NCBI GenBank assembly: GCA_013002305.1
Contig: JABDKG010000072.1
Coordinates: forward strand, 11,718-75,717
Reading direction: 5' to 3'
DNA from: Hellea sp.
Lineage (GTDB): Bacteria > Pseudomonadota > Alphaproteobacteria > Caulobacterales > Maricaulaceae
DNA length: 64,000 bases
Shown piece by piece: positions 19,402-30,466 of this stretch (position 1 is the stretch's first letter; each line of letters begins with the position of its first letter). The translations under genes and the position numbers were made by a program. The notes under the pieces were generated by a model. The model searched no databases. It was not told the origin of the DNA and saw nothing but the letters and a program-made list of their open reading frames with translations.

Positions 19402-19538
19402 GTATTTTCACTGCCATATACTATTTAAATACTCTCCCGCGCTTGCTTTTTTTTTAGAGTATCGGCAGAAAGATTACACTTTAAGGAATCGCTCAAATCG
19501 ATTTCCCCTAATCGTCTTTGCGATAGCGGACTATATAA

Positions 19539-20591
<1,053 letters not shown>

Positions 20592-20615
20592 TCCCTGCGC
20601 AGGATCAGCTAGTTT

Positions 20616-21518
20616 ATGATCGGAAGCCGAGGAAACACTTTTAGACAAAAGCGCCGGAATTCCCGCGTTACTTTTTTGGTCCTAAGCCTATTGGCACTCG
20701 TCATTTTCCTGTCTAGCCGAGGCAATGACGCGGCTTTTGATACGTCCCGGAAACAAGCAGACGGCATTGCGGCCAAGGTACTCACCTATATTTCGCTTCC
20801 AGTTCGCGGGCTGGAAAATCTGGTGTCCGACGTTCGGGGCCGATTCATAGCCCATTCTGAGAATGAACGCCTCAAAGCTGAAATTGCCCGGCTCAGCGAT
20901 ATTGAAGCGCGGGCTAAAGTCATGACGATAAAACTATCGCGGCTCGAAAACATTCTCAATGTGGATGTCGGATCGGGAATTCCAGAGCAAAAAATCGCCG
21001 CCCGCGCTGTAAGTGAAATTGACGGCCCATTTGTCAGATCTGCGCTGATCAATGTCGGGCACAAAGACGGCGTTTCTGAGGGCGATGCCGTTATGACCAT
21101 TCACGGTCTTTACGGACACATCGTAAGAGCCGGTAATCAATCCGCTCGAGTTTTAAAGCTCGAAGATCTTAATAGCCGCATTGCCGTTATGTCCGAGCGA
21201 ACTCAATCCCGGGCAATTCTGGTTGGAACCAATAGTGAAATCGCGGAATTAGCTTTCACCTCGATTGAATCGGATTGGCAGGACGGAGACAAGATAATCA
21301 CATCTGGCGACGACGGTACGTTACCGATGGGACTACCGGTCGGTGAACTGCAAATAAAAGAAAATGGCGATTTACAAGTTATCCTCTTTGTGAATCAGGC
21401 CTTCGTCGATTGGGTTTGGGTCTATCCTTATGAAAAGATGCCAAAACCGGAAGTTGACCCTTTTGAGGATCCGGAAGCGAAAGAGGAACCAGCGGCGAAT
21501 GAGGCGCTTCCGCAATGA
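20616..21518 (+). CDS. mreC: rod shape-determining protein MreC
   Basis: N-terminal TM, coiled coil (ENERLKAEIARL) and a beta-barrel domain. Lies between mreB and mreD. Confidence 0.9.
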   Translation: MIGSRGNTFRQKRRNSRVTFLVLSLLALVIFLSSRGNDAAFDTSRKQADGIAAKVLTYISLPVRGLENLVSDVRGRFIAHSENERLKAEIARLSDIEARAKVMTIKLSRLENILNVDVGSGIPEQKIAARAVSEIDGPFVRSALINVGHKDGVSEGDAVMTIHGLYGHIVRAGNQSARVLKLEDLNSRIAVMSERTQSRAILVGTNSEIAELAFTSIESDWQDGDKIITSGDDGTLPMGLPVGELQIKENGDLQVILFVNQAFVDWVWVYPYEKMPKPEVDPFEDPEAKEEPAANEALPQ

Positions 21519-22027
21519 TTAGCGACACTATAACCGCCAGTAAAGCTCGCGGTCAGGCCCTCCAGGCCTGCATTGCATTATTACTGGTCATGATGGCGGG
21601 AATATTAAAGATCAATCTGTTTGGGTTTGAGGTTGGATTTTTGTTCACGCCGTTAATCGTCATATTTTTGTGGCCACGTGGGGCAGATCCGGTATTCACC
21701 TATGTGATCTTATTCAGTCTCGGTCTGATCTATGATTGGATAAGCGGCGGTCCAAGCGGCTTATGGGCGCTGTTATTTTTGATCGCCTTTGTGAGCGTTC
21801 AGCCTGGGCAGCGGCCCAAAGAGATTAATCTCATGGAAATCTGGATCAATTTTATAATCTGGATGATTGTCTTATTGATCGTTCTGATGGCGTTGGACAG
21901 TTTGGAGGTTACCCAGATCGCTTTTCGTCCGCTTGCGATTATGACAGTGATCAATATCATGTTTTTTCCGCTATATATTTTCGCGCGTCACTCTTGGAGA
22001 AATATTCTCGTCGGAGATGATGACTGA
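21515..22027 (+). CDS. mreD: rod shape-determining protein MreD
   Basis: 170-aa polytopic membrane protein. 4-nt overlap with mreC and 1-nt overlap with mrdA. Confidence 0.85.
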   Translation: MISDTITASKARGQALQACIALLLVMMAGILKINLFGFEVGFLFTPLIVIFLWPRGADPVFTYVILFSLGLIYDWISGGPSGLWALLFLIAFVSVQPGQRPKEINLMEIWINFIIWMIVLLIVLMALDSLEVTQIAFRPLAIMTVINIMFFPLYIFARHSWRNILVGDDD

Positions 22028-23895
22028 TGATCGATCACCAGGACGACAGTCATACCTTAACGCGCCGGACCATGATATTAAGCGGGTTGGGATTAGGCGT
22101 GTTTGGTGTGCTCGGAGCCCGGCTCTACCAATTGCAAGTATTAAGAGCGGCCGACTACACGGCCCTGTCCGAAGATAACCGGTTTAATTACAATATACTT
22201 ATCCCGACACGCGGCCGGATCTTTGATCGTTCGGGAGAATATCTAGCGATTAACCAGCAGCAATATCACGTTGAGATTATTTCTGAACGTATAGATGATT
22301 TGAACAAAACATTGGATAGAATTGACGAGATCGTCCCGCTGACGCCCGTCAATCGAGAGCGTATTTCCAAAGATGTCAAAAAATTTGCCAAATTCGTACC
22401 TGTGATTGTCAAAGATCATTTGTCTTGGGATGAGTTCGCCGCATTGAATTTCAAAGCGCCTGAGCTCCCAGGCGTTATTCCGCGGGTCGGGCAGGGCCGT
22501 TCCTATCCTCATCAAGGGGCATTTTCTCATGTGCTGGGATATGTGGGGAGGGCAAGGCCCGAAGATATCGCAATTGATAAAGATCCGTTACTTCGTCAGC
22601 CATCATTCCAAATCGGCCGAACAGGTGTCGAGGCCGCAGCGGATATGAAACTTCGCGGAAATTCCGGGCGTCTCAAAGTTGAGGTGAATGCCTTGGGCCG
22701 AATTGTCCGGGAATGGCCCGAAGAAGATCAACGCGCCCAGCCCGGGTCAGATGTCTGGCTCACACTCGATGCACCTTTGCAGAAATATGCAGTCGAATTA
22801 TTTGCCGAAGATAGCGGGGGAGTGGCGGTGATCGACGTGATGACCGGTGAGCTGCGAACGCTGCTCTCAATGCCGGTCTTTGATGCCAACCAATTTGTTT
22901 CAGGATTGACCCAAGCCGAATTTGACGTCCTGGATAAAGATCCGAAAAGGCCTCAGTTCAACAAAGTAATAGGCGGGAATTTCCCGCCCGCATCAACTTT
23001 TAAAATGAATGTCATGCTTGCGGCTCTTGAAAACCGGATGGTCGACCCGCGCGAGAAAATTACCTGTACCGGTAAAATCAGGCTGGGGGATCGCAATTTT
23101 CATTGCTGGCGTCGTCAGGGTCACGGCGGTGTTAACATGCAACAAGCTTTGCAATATTCCTGCGACGTCTATTTCTATGAAATGGCGCAGCGGATGAGTA
23201 TGGAGTCAGTGCATGATATAGCGGTAAAACTTGGCTTGGGGCAAACCTATGAATTGGGCATAAGCGGGCAGACCAAAGGCGTAGTTCCGACGCCGCAATG
23301 GAGCAGAGAAAAAGTCGGGACACCGTGGCGCGGCGGCGACGCGCTAAACGCTTTTATCGGACAGGGTTATGTTCAAGTTAGCCCTTTACAGCTTTCGGTA
23401 ATGGCAGCCCGCATTGCAAATGGGAATAAAGCCGTTTCGCCCCATCTTATTATTGGCGATAACGTCCCTGAATTTGCACTGCTGGATATAAAAACTGAAA
23501 ATATGAGCTTTGTCCAAGCCGCGATGCGGAGCGTTTGCCACGAACCGGGCGGAACGGCTTATCGTTATATGCCGCTAGGCGTTCCGGGTATAGAGATGGC
23601 CGGGAAAACCGGGACCGGGCAAGTCCGCGGAATTTCCGCTAGTGAGCGCGCCTCGGGCGTTTTGAAAAACCGGGAACTGGATTGGCAATTCCGCGATCAT
23701 TCTATCTTTGTCGGATACGCGCCTTATGACAAACCCCGTTTTGCTGTCGGCACGATAGTAGAGCATGGCGGGTCGGGTTCCAAACGTGCCGCGGATATCA
23801 CACGTAAACTTCTGCGACGCGCCCTGCAACGTGACGGACTTATAGAACCTGACCCCGAACCATCTAAAAATCTGGAACCGGAGGCGAGGCTATGA
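22027..23895 (+). CDS. mrdA: penicillin-binding protein 2 (elongasome transpeptidase)
   Basis: Contains PASTFK (SxxK), and SCDVYFYE, KTGTGQ (KTG). Confidence 0.95.
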   Translation: MIDHQDDSHTLTRRTMILSGLGLGVFGVLGARLYQLQVLRAADYTALSEDNRFNYNILIPTRGRIFDRSGEYLAINQQQYHVEIISERIDDLNKTLDRIDEIVPLTPVNRERISKDVKKFAKFVPVIVKDHLSWDEFAALNFKAPELPGVIPRVGQGRSYPHQGAFSHVLGYVGRARPEDIAIDKDPLLRQPSFQIGRTGVEAAADMKLRGNSGRLKVEVNALGRIVREWPEEDQRAQPGSDVWLTLDAPLQKYAVELFAEDSGGVAVIDVMTGELRTLLSMPVFDANQFVSGLTQAEFDVLDKDPKRPQFNKVIGGNFPPASTFKMNVMLAALENRMVDPREKITCTGKIRLGDRNFHCWRRQGHGGVNMQQALQYSCDVYFYEMAQRMSMESVHDIAVKLGLGQTYELGISGQTKGVVPTPQWSREKVGTPWRGGDALNAFIGQGYVQVSPLQLSVMAARIANGNKAVSPHLIIGDNVPEFALLDIKTENMSFVQAAMRSVCHEPGGTAYRYMPLGVPGIEMAGKTGTGQVRGISASERASGVLKNRELDWQFRDHSIFVGYAPYDKPRFAVGTIVEHGGSGSKRAADITRKLLRRALQRDGLIEPDPEPSKNLEPEARL

Positions 23896-25010
23896 GCCTG
23901 GTTGCTGCCGCCCGGACCAAAATTTACGAAATTAACTGGCTGCTGCCAGCTTTGATTTTGGTGCTGGGGTTAATCGGCGTTGCCATGATCTACGCGGCAA
24001 CGGACGGGGTTTGGACAGATGGCGCGCAGCAGCACCTGGTCCGCCTTTTGGCGGCGAGTGGGTTGATGATCGTTGTTGCCGTTATCGATATCCGGTTTTG
24101 GTATTATATGGCTTATCCGATCTATGCTGTGAGTTTGTTGATGCTCGTAGGTGTTGATTTTATGGGCGTTGAGAAAAATGGCGCGACTCGCTGGCTCGAT
24201 GTCGGTGTGACGGATATCCAGCCCTCCGAAATTATGAAACTTGCGATCGTTTTGGCTCTGGCTCGATATTATCATGATATTGGCAAGCAGCGCGTTTCTC
24301 ATATTGTTGGACTGATTGGAGCCTTGTTTATCATAGCTATTCCGGCGCAGTTTATTTTGCGCCAACCGGATTTAGGCACAACTATGCTGCTTACCATGAC
24401 CGCGCTGGCGATCATATTTTTGGCAGGCGTGAATTGGAGGATTATTCGGTCGGGCGCAATCGCGGCCGCCATTGCAATTCCGTTGTTTTTTCAATTTTTT
24501 CTGAAAGATTATCAACGTGCCCGGATTATGACATTTTTTGACCCTGCGGCCGATCCCAGCGGGGCGGGTTATCATATCGCCCAGTCAAAAATTGCACTGG
24601 GAAGCGGCGGTGTTTCGGGAAAAGGTTACTTACAGGGCACGCAAAACAAACTCGAATATGTGCCGGAGAACGGGACGGATTTTATTTTTACGGTGATTGG
24701 GGAGGAGTTTGGATTGATCGGCGGACTTGCGACGATGGGCCTGTATATTTTACTGATGGGTATTTGTATCAACATGGCGTTGCAGTGCCGCCATCAGTTT
24801 TCAAAACTTCTAATCCTGGGCCTGACGACAACTTTTGCGCTTTACGTATTTATCAATTTGGCCATGGTTATGGGCTTAGCGCCGGTCGTGGGTGTTCCGC
24901 TTCCGCTTGTCTCGTTTGGGGGCACTGTGATCCTTGCGGTGATGACTGGGTTTGGTCTGATGTTGTCGGCACATCTTTATCGGCAAAATGAACTGCCACG
25001 CAGCGGATAA
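23892..25010 (+). CDS. rodA: rod shape-determining protein RodA (SEDS glycosyltransferase)
   Basis: ATGA overlap with mrdA. Contains QPSEIMKLA, PENGTDFIF and PLPLVSFGG. Confidence 0.95.
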   Translation: MSLVAAARTKIYEINWLLPALILVLGLIGVAMIYAATDGVWTDGAQQHLVRLLAASGLMIVVAVIDIRFWYYMAYPIYAVSLLMLVGVDFMGVEKNGATRWLDVGVTDIQPSEIMKLAIVLALARYYHDIGKQRVSHIVGLIGALFIIAIPAQFILRQPDLGTTMLLTMTALAIIFLAGVNWRIIRSGAIAAAIAIPLFFQFFLKDYQRARIMTFFDPAADPSGAGYHIAQSKIALGSGGVSGKGYLQGTQNKLEYVPENGTDFIFTVIGEEFGLIGGLATMGLYILLMGICINMALQCRHQFSKLLILGLTTTFALYVFINLAMVMGLAPVVGVPLPLVSFGGTVILAVMTGFGLMLSAHLYRQNELPRSG

Positions 25011-25105
25011 TTGGGTAAAAATTCCACAATAATCCGCGAGTTTAACTTGACCTTTCGCGGTCGATACTTTGTAACCGTTAAAATAAATATATAAGGGGAA
25101 ATATT

Positions 25106-26527
25106 ATGGCGACTGTCGGTACGGCACAATGGTCTTCCAGATTTGCATTCATTATGGCAGCGGTGGGTTCCTCCGTCGGCCTCGGAAATTTATGGCGGTT
25201 CTCTGCCGAGGCAGGAGACAATGGCGGGGGCGCCTTTGTCTTGATCTATTTAATGTGCATCGTTTTTGTCGGTTTGCCGGTTTTGATGTCTGAGTTTGTT
25301 ATTGGGCGTTCAGGACAAGCTGCCAGTGCTGTTTATAGTATGGATGACCTTTCCAAACGCAGTAAAGTTTCGACATTTTGGAGTTCAGGTGCTTGGCTCG
25401 GGATGACCGCATCATTTTTGATCGTAAGTTTTTATTGCGTCGTCGCCGCTTGGGTGCTGGCCTATATTCCCAAATTTTTGTTTGGCGCGTTTGAGGGCAT
25501 GTCGTCCGAGCAAATATCGTCTGTATTTTCGGGGTCAGCGGATGTTGCGTCCGGGGCGTTGGGGTGTGACCCGAAAGTTTCGGAATGCAAAAATGTCGGC
25601 TTGTATTTCTCACCCAAGCAGGTGTTCCCTTGGTTTGTAGCTTTTGCATTAATGACGACATTTTTAGTATCGCGCGGCGTCAACAAGGGTATTGAGCTTG
25701 CAGCGAAATATCTTATGCCCGTGTTTTTCTTATTGTTACTGTCATTGGCCGCGTTTTCCTTAATCACAAGTTGGAGTTCAGGTGGCACGAAGCAGGCTTT
25801 TAATTATTTATTCAATCCGGATTTTTCTGCGATCAACGGAGATATAGCCATCAGAGCCCTCGGACAGGCGTGTTTCTCGATCGGTATTGGTAATGCAATT
25901 ATGATCACTTACGGGTCCTACCTTCCGAGGGATGTCAATATTCCGAAGTCTTCCGGATTAATTGTCTTCACCGATACGGCGGTTGCCTTGATAGCCGGGC
26001 TGGCAATTTTCCCGATATTCTTCTCGACTGGTTTGATGGAAAGCGGAGTGCAGCCGGGCGGCGGAATTTTCTTCCAAGCATTGCCAAATGCACTCGTGCA
26101 GATCCCGGGCGGAAACATGATTGGCGCTGCTTTCTTCTTCCTTGCGTTTTTTGCAGCTATTACGTCGTCGGTGTCGCTGCTTGAGCCAACCGTGGCTTGG
26201 GTAGCCGACCGATTTAATATGGCTAAGGCCAAGGCGGCGTGGACAATGGGAATTTTAATGATTGCACTTGGAAGTGTATCGGTCATGAGCGGTGAGGTCA
26301 TGGACTTCATCGACGAGACATTGACCGGGTCATTTATTGCGCCATTATCGGCACTGGTCGTCGTGTTGTTTACTGGCTGGCGTCTGGATAAAAAGATCTT
26401 GAACGAAGAAATAGGCGCGGGCGGCCTTGGGCAGTTCCTCATGATCTTTGTGAAATATCTCGCGCCAATATTTATCGGTTTGGTATTTGTTGCCAAAGTC
26501 TACAAGGTTACGATTGGAGCGGAATAG
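25106..26527 (+). CDS. sodium-dependent transporter, NSS/SNF family
   Basis: N-terminus WSSRFAFIMAAVGSSVGLGNLWRF....GGGAF, with about 11-12 TM helices. Confidence 0.9.
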   Translation: MATVGTAQWSSRFAFIMAAVGSSVGLGNLWRFSAEAGDNGGGAFVLIYLMCIVFVGLPVLMSEFVIGRSGQAASAVYSMDDLSKRSKVSTFWSSGAWLGMTASFLIVSFYCVVAAWVLAYIPKFLFGAFEGMSSEQISSVFSGSADVASGALGCDPKVSECKNVGLYFSPKQVFPWFVAFALMTTFLVSRGVNKGIELAAKYLMPVFFLLLLSLAAFSLITSWSSGGTKQAFNYLFNPDFSAINGDIAIRALGQACFSIGIGNAIMITYGSYLPRDVNIPKSSGLIVFTDTAVALIAGLAIFPIFFSTGLMESGVQPGGGIFFQALPNALVQIPGGNMIGAAFFFLAFFAAITSSVSLLEPTVAWVADRFNMAKAKAAWTMGILMIALGSVSVMSGEVMDFIDETLTGSFIAPLSALVVVLFTGWRLDKKILNEEIGAGGLGQFLMIFVKYLAPIFIGLVFVAKVYKVTIGAE

Positions 26528-26533
26528 ACCGTC

Positions 26534-27514
26534 TTAACCCCATAAATTACTTTCAGGCGGGCATATTTGCCCGCCTTTATATTTTAAAGATGGCGAATGA
26601 TCTTTGCTGAGCAATAGCGGCCCATCAAGATCAATGTAATCGGCGAAACTTTCGAGCATCATCATAGGTGCCATCGCAAGTGACGAACCGACCATGCAGC
26701 CAGCCATGATTTGAAAATCCAGTTCTTTTGCCTTTTTCATAACTTTTAGGGCCTCTGTGAGGCCGCCAGTTTTATCGAGCTTCACATTTACAGCACGATA
26801 TCCGGCTTGCTTAAGGGCAAGGAGGTCATTGGAGGTATGCAGGCTCTCGTCGGCGCAAATCGCCAACGGATGGCCGATTGTAAATTTGTGATCGTTTCCG
26901 GCAGGATAGGGCTGCTCTACCAGCGCAATATTCTTAGCACCGTTAAGGTCTGCGAGAGCGCTTAGGTCTGAGGCGGACATGGCTTCATTGGCGTCGATGA
27001 TAAGTGCGGCGTCGGGCCGGGCATTCAATACGGCCTGACAACAGCTCAGTCCGTTTTTATCGCCGATTTTTAGTTTTAGGAGAGAGTAAATTTTTGCATC
27101 GCGCGCAGCCTCTGCCATACGCTTTGGTGTATCCAATGATAGAGTATAGGCAGTTTTTCTGGCGTGAGGCTTTGGTAATTGCAAAAGCTGCCAGACGGGC
27201 GCTTTATCCATTTTCGCCTTTAGGTCCCATAGAGCGCAATCAATAGCGTTGCGCGCGGCACCGGGAGCCATATGGGATTGCAGATTCTGAATGCTTAGCC
27301 CGGACTCGATCTCGGGCCTAATTGTTTCGATTTGCGCGATGACGCTGTCGGCTGATTCGCCATATCGTGCATAAGGCCGACATTCGGCGATTCCGGTAAA
27401 TCGGTCATGAGATATGCTGACCTGAACGACGGTAAAAGATGTGAGCGTACTCCGGGAAATGCGAAATTCGCCTTTTGCGGGCCAATCGACGATTTTGAAT
27501 GCTAGATCTCGCAA
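26534..27514 (-). CDS. dipeptide epimerase (L-Ala-D/L-Glu epimerase-like, enolase superfamily)
   Basis: TTG start. Contains KLKIG, IIDANE, LVEQP, ADES and NVKLDKTGGLTEAL, the metal and catalytic signature of MR/MLE-type epimerases. Confidence 0.85.
   Translation of the reverse strand: MRDLAFKIVDWPAKGEFRISRSTLTSFTVVQVSISHDRFTGIAECRPYARYGESADSVIAQIETIRPEIESGLSIQNLQSHMAPGAARNAIDCALWDLKAKMDKAPVWQLLQLPKPHARKTAYTLSLDTPKRMAEAARDAKIYSLLKLKIGDKNGLSCCQAVLNARPDAALIIDANEAMSASDLSALADLNGAKNIALVEQPYPAGNDHKFTIGHPLAICADESLHTSNDLLALKQAGYRAVNVKLDKTGGLTEALKVMKKAKELDFQIMAGCMVGSSLAMAPMMMLESFADYIDLDGPLLLSKDHSPSLKYKGGQICPPESNLWG
26555..26585. terminator. strong hairpin terminator for the SNF transporter gene, lying inside the 3' end of the convergent epimerase CDS
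   Basis: AGGCGGGCA - TATT - TGCCCGCCT (9-bp stem) followed by TTATATTTT. On the minus strand it encodes GGQICPP of the epimerase. Confidence 0.7.
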
Positions 27515-27566
27515 AATTTATATCCGTAACTTGACCCTGTCCTGTAAGGCCGCCACCTTAGGCGCA

Positions 27567-28721
27567 ATGAGTGAACTGACCAATACAGATTCTTCCGCGT
27601 CGGCGGATTTCTCATTGTTAGTCGATGGGCTGACATTGAAGGTCACCGCAATCGGGGATTGGAGCTTAGCAACAATTGCGACAAACCATGATCGATTGGT
27701 CGCGGCATTGGATTCGCTTGAATACGAAAATGTTGATTATGATTTTGATGGCGTAACCAATCTCGATACAGCCGGAGCTTACATTCTGGCCAAGGCGATT
27801 AGAAGCACACCGGACGTCTGTTTTCCTTATGAATTAAGGACTCAATCTCGCGGTCATCAAGTCCTGATGCGTGAAGCAGCCGATGCGACTATCGGACGTC
27901 CGGCGATCCGCAACCGGCAATGGTTTGATATACTGGTGCGGATGGGAAAAGCGACCGAGCATTTTTTTGCAGAAGTCTTTGACACGCTGGCCTTTTTGGG
28001 CCGGTTCGTGACTGCTTTGTTCAGGCAGTTATTAACGCCGCACACCATTCGCTGGAAATCCGTGGTCGCCCATATTGAAGATGTCGGTCTTAACGCTGCG
28101 CCGATTATCATGACTCTCAGTTTCTTCGTTGGCGCTGTGATTGCCTATATGGGGGCAAACCTGCTCGCTTCGCTGGGTTTCCAAGTCTATATGGTCGATT
28201 TAATCGGTTTCGCAGTCCTTCGGGAATTTGCGGTGATTATCACGGCTATTCTGTTGGCCGGGCGATCAGATTCCGCTTTTACAGCTCAAATCGGATCTAT
28301 GAAAATGCGCCAGGAAATTGACGCAATGGAGATCATCGGACTCGACAGGTTTGAAGCGCTCGTTGTTCCCAGAGCATTGGCTTGCATGTTGTCGGCTCCA
28401 ATCCTGACATTTTTGGCGATGATATCTGGTATGGCAGGCGGTCTAATCGTTGCTTGGACGATCCTTGAAGGAATTTCACCAACGCTGTTTTTAGCCAGAT
28501 TGCAGGCCGTTGTAGAACCGAGTCATTTTTGGGTCGGTATGGTCAAAGCGCCGGTCTTCGGGTTAGTCATCGCTATCATCGGTTGTCGACAAGGTCTTGC
28601 TGTCACCGGGAGCGTAGAGTCCTTAGGAAGCCGCACGACCAAAAGCGTGGTGCAGGCCATATTTGCGATTATTTTCCTCGACGCGATGTTCGCGATCATG
28701 TTCTATCAAATGGGGGTTTAG
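27567..28721 (+). CDS. MlaE-family ABC transporter permease with an N-terminal STAS/MlaB-like extension
   Basis: C-terminal ~260 aa is polytopic with the MlaE pattern (REFAVIITAILLAGRSDSAFTAQIGSMKMRQEIDAM). I chose the ATG at 27567. The listed start at 27441 overlaps the divergent epimerase gene by 74 nt. Confidence 0.85.
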   Translation: MSELTNTDSSASADFSLLVDGLTLKVTAIGDWSLATIATNHDRLVAALDSLEYENVDYDFDGVTNLDTAGAYILAKAIRSTPDVCFPYELRTQSRGHQVLMREAADATIGRPAIRNRQWFDILVRMGKATEHFFAEVFDTLAFLGRFVTALFRQLLTPHTIRWKSVVAHIEDVGLNAAPIIMTLSFFVGAVIAYMGANLLASLGFQVYMVDLIGFAVLREFAVIITAILLAGRSDSAFTAQIGSMKMRQEIDAMEIIGLDRFEALVVPRALACMLSAPILTFLAMISGMAGGLIVAWTILEGISPTLFLARLQAVVEPSHFWVGMVKAPVFGLVIAIIGCRQGLAVTGSVESLGSRTTKSVVQAIFAIIFLDAMFAIMFYQMGV

Positions 28722-29504
28722 ATGGATTTGAATTACAATTTACCTCCAATGCAAGTTAAAGGTCTCGGCAGTTGGTTCGGAGATAATGTCGTCCATGAAA
28801 ACCTAAATTTTCACGTCAATAGCGGCGAAATATTGGGCCTTGTCGGTGGTTCAGGATCGGGAAAAACCGTTTTGATGAACACGCTCCTTGGGTTGAAAGA
28901 AGCAGATGCGGGCGATGTTTATTACTTTGGCCAAAACCGGGCAGAACTCAGCGAGAATGATCGTCAAAGCCTGCGCAACCAAATGGGTGTATTGTTTCAA
29001 GCCGGCGCGCTTTTCTCATCCATGACCGTTCGGCAAAACATTATGGTACCCCTTCGGGAGCACACTAATCTGCCATTGCCATTAATGAGCGAAATAGCAG
29101 ATATGAAAATCCATATGGTTGGACTGCCAGCGTTCGCCGCAACCCTATATCCGTCCGATCTGTCTGGCGGCATGAAGAAAAGAGCAGGGCTGGCCCGGGC
29201 TCTCGCGCTCGATCCGAAACTTCTGTTTCTAGACGAGCCGACGGCAGGGCTCGATCCGATTGGGGCATCCGCTTTTGATACGTTGATATTGGAAATGCGC
29301 GACGCAATGGATTTAACGGTTCTGATGATCACTCATGACCTCGACACCTTGTTCACCGTCTGCGACCGGGTCGGCGTTCTCGTTGATAAACATATTGCGA
29401 TTGCTGATAGTTTACCTAATGTGATGCAGTATCCCCATCCATGGGTGCAGGAGTATTTTAGCGGACCGCGGGCACGTGCTGCCCAGCAGGCTGGAGCGAG
29501 ATAA
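28722..29504 (+). CDS. ABC transporter ATP-binding protein (MlaF-like)
   Basis: Walker A GGSGSGKT, signature LSGGMKKR, Walker B LLFLDEP. Confidence 0.9.
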   Translation: MDLNYNLPPMQVKGLGSWFGDNVVHENLNFHVNSGEILGLVGGSGSGKTVLMNTLLGLKEADAGDVYYFGQNRAELSENDRQSLRNQMGVLFQAGALFSSMTVRQNIMVPLREHTNLPLPLMSEIADMKIHMVGLPAFAATLYPSDLSGGMKKRAGLARALALDPKLLFLDEPTAGLDPIGASAFDTLILEMRDAMDLTVLMITHDLDTLFTVCDRVGVLVDKHIAIADSLPNVMQYPHPWVQEYFSGPRARAAQQAGAR

Positions 29505-30466
29505 TGGAAAACAAAGCGAATTACGCTCTGATTGGTACATTTGTTATTCTGGCTGTTGTGGCTGTGATTTCGTTTGTTACATGGCTGTCTGGACGGCAAT
29601 TTGATCAGGAATATGACTCATATGTTGTAGAATTTGAGGGCGCTGTTCGGGGACTGACCCGCGGTTCAGAAGTCCGCCTCAACGGCCTTAGTGTTGGGGA
29701 AGTAACGCGGTTAAGTTTTGATCCCGATGACCCCAATTTGGTTAGGGTAAATATTCAAGTCATTGACGGAACGCCTATATTTGTTGACGGGTCGGCGCAG
29801 TTGGAGCCACTTGGATTGACCGGGCTGAACTACATACAAATTACGCCCGGAACCGCCAATAGCGCGCGTCTTGATCCAGATGTAAGTCTGCGGGGAAAAA
29901 TGAGTCAGCTTGATAATTTGTTTGAGGGTGGTGAAAATATTATTGACGGAACGACCATGGCAATACGCAGGGTCAATATATTGCTTAGCGAAGAAACTAT
30001 TTCTGATTTGCAGGGAATATTAAGTAACCTCAATGAAATTACAGCCAAACTGCGTGAAGCTGAAATTGACCCTGAAGATATTCAGGAGACAATGAAATCC
30101 ATTGAACGCGCGGCGAAAGCGATCGGTGATGCGGCAGAAGCTATCGACAAATCTGCCGTCGCTATTGGTTCTGTTGTAGATGGCGATGTCACCAATTTTT
30201 TCCAATCCGCCAACAATACGTTGGCATCCATTTCGACCACTGCCGATGAATTTGGATTATTTGCCAAGGACGGGCGCCTGATGACGCAAGACCTTAGAGA
30301 TAGCGTTAATCGACTGTCAAACTCTGGGTTCGCTGATCTGGAGGACACAACCGATGCCCTGCGGGATTTGATGCTGACATTGTCCAATATTGCAGATCAG
30401 TTGGAACAGAATCCGGCCCAATTTTTTGCTGGCGAAAAGAGCGAAGTTATGGAGCTACCGCAATGA
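29504..30466 (+). CDS. MlaD/MCE-domain substrate-binding protein with a C-terminal helical extension
   Basis: N-terminal TM and an MCE fold pattern (GLTRGSEVRLNGLSVGEV). 1-nt overlap with the ATPase gene. Confidence 0.85.
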   Translation: MENKANYALIGTFVILAVVAVISFVTWLSGRQFDQEYDSYVVEFEGAVRGLTRGSEVRLNGLSVGEVTRLSFDPDDPNLVRVNIQVIDGTPIFVDGSAQLEPLGLTGLNYIQITPGTANSARLDPDVSLRGKMSQLDNLFEGGENIIDGTTMAIRRVNILLSEETISDLQGILSNLNEITAKLREAEIDPEDIQETMKSIERAAKAIGDAAEAIDKSAVAIGSVVDGDVTNFFQSANNTLASISTTADEFGLFAKDGRLMTQDLRDSVNRLSNSGFADLEDTTDALRDLMLTLSNIADQLEQNPAQFFAGEKSEVMELPQ

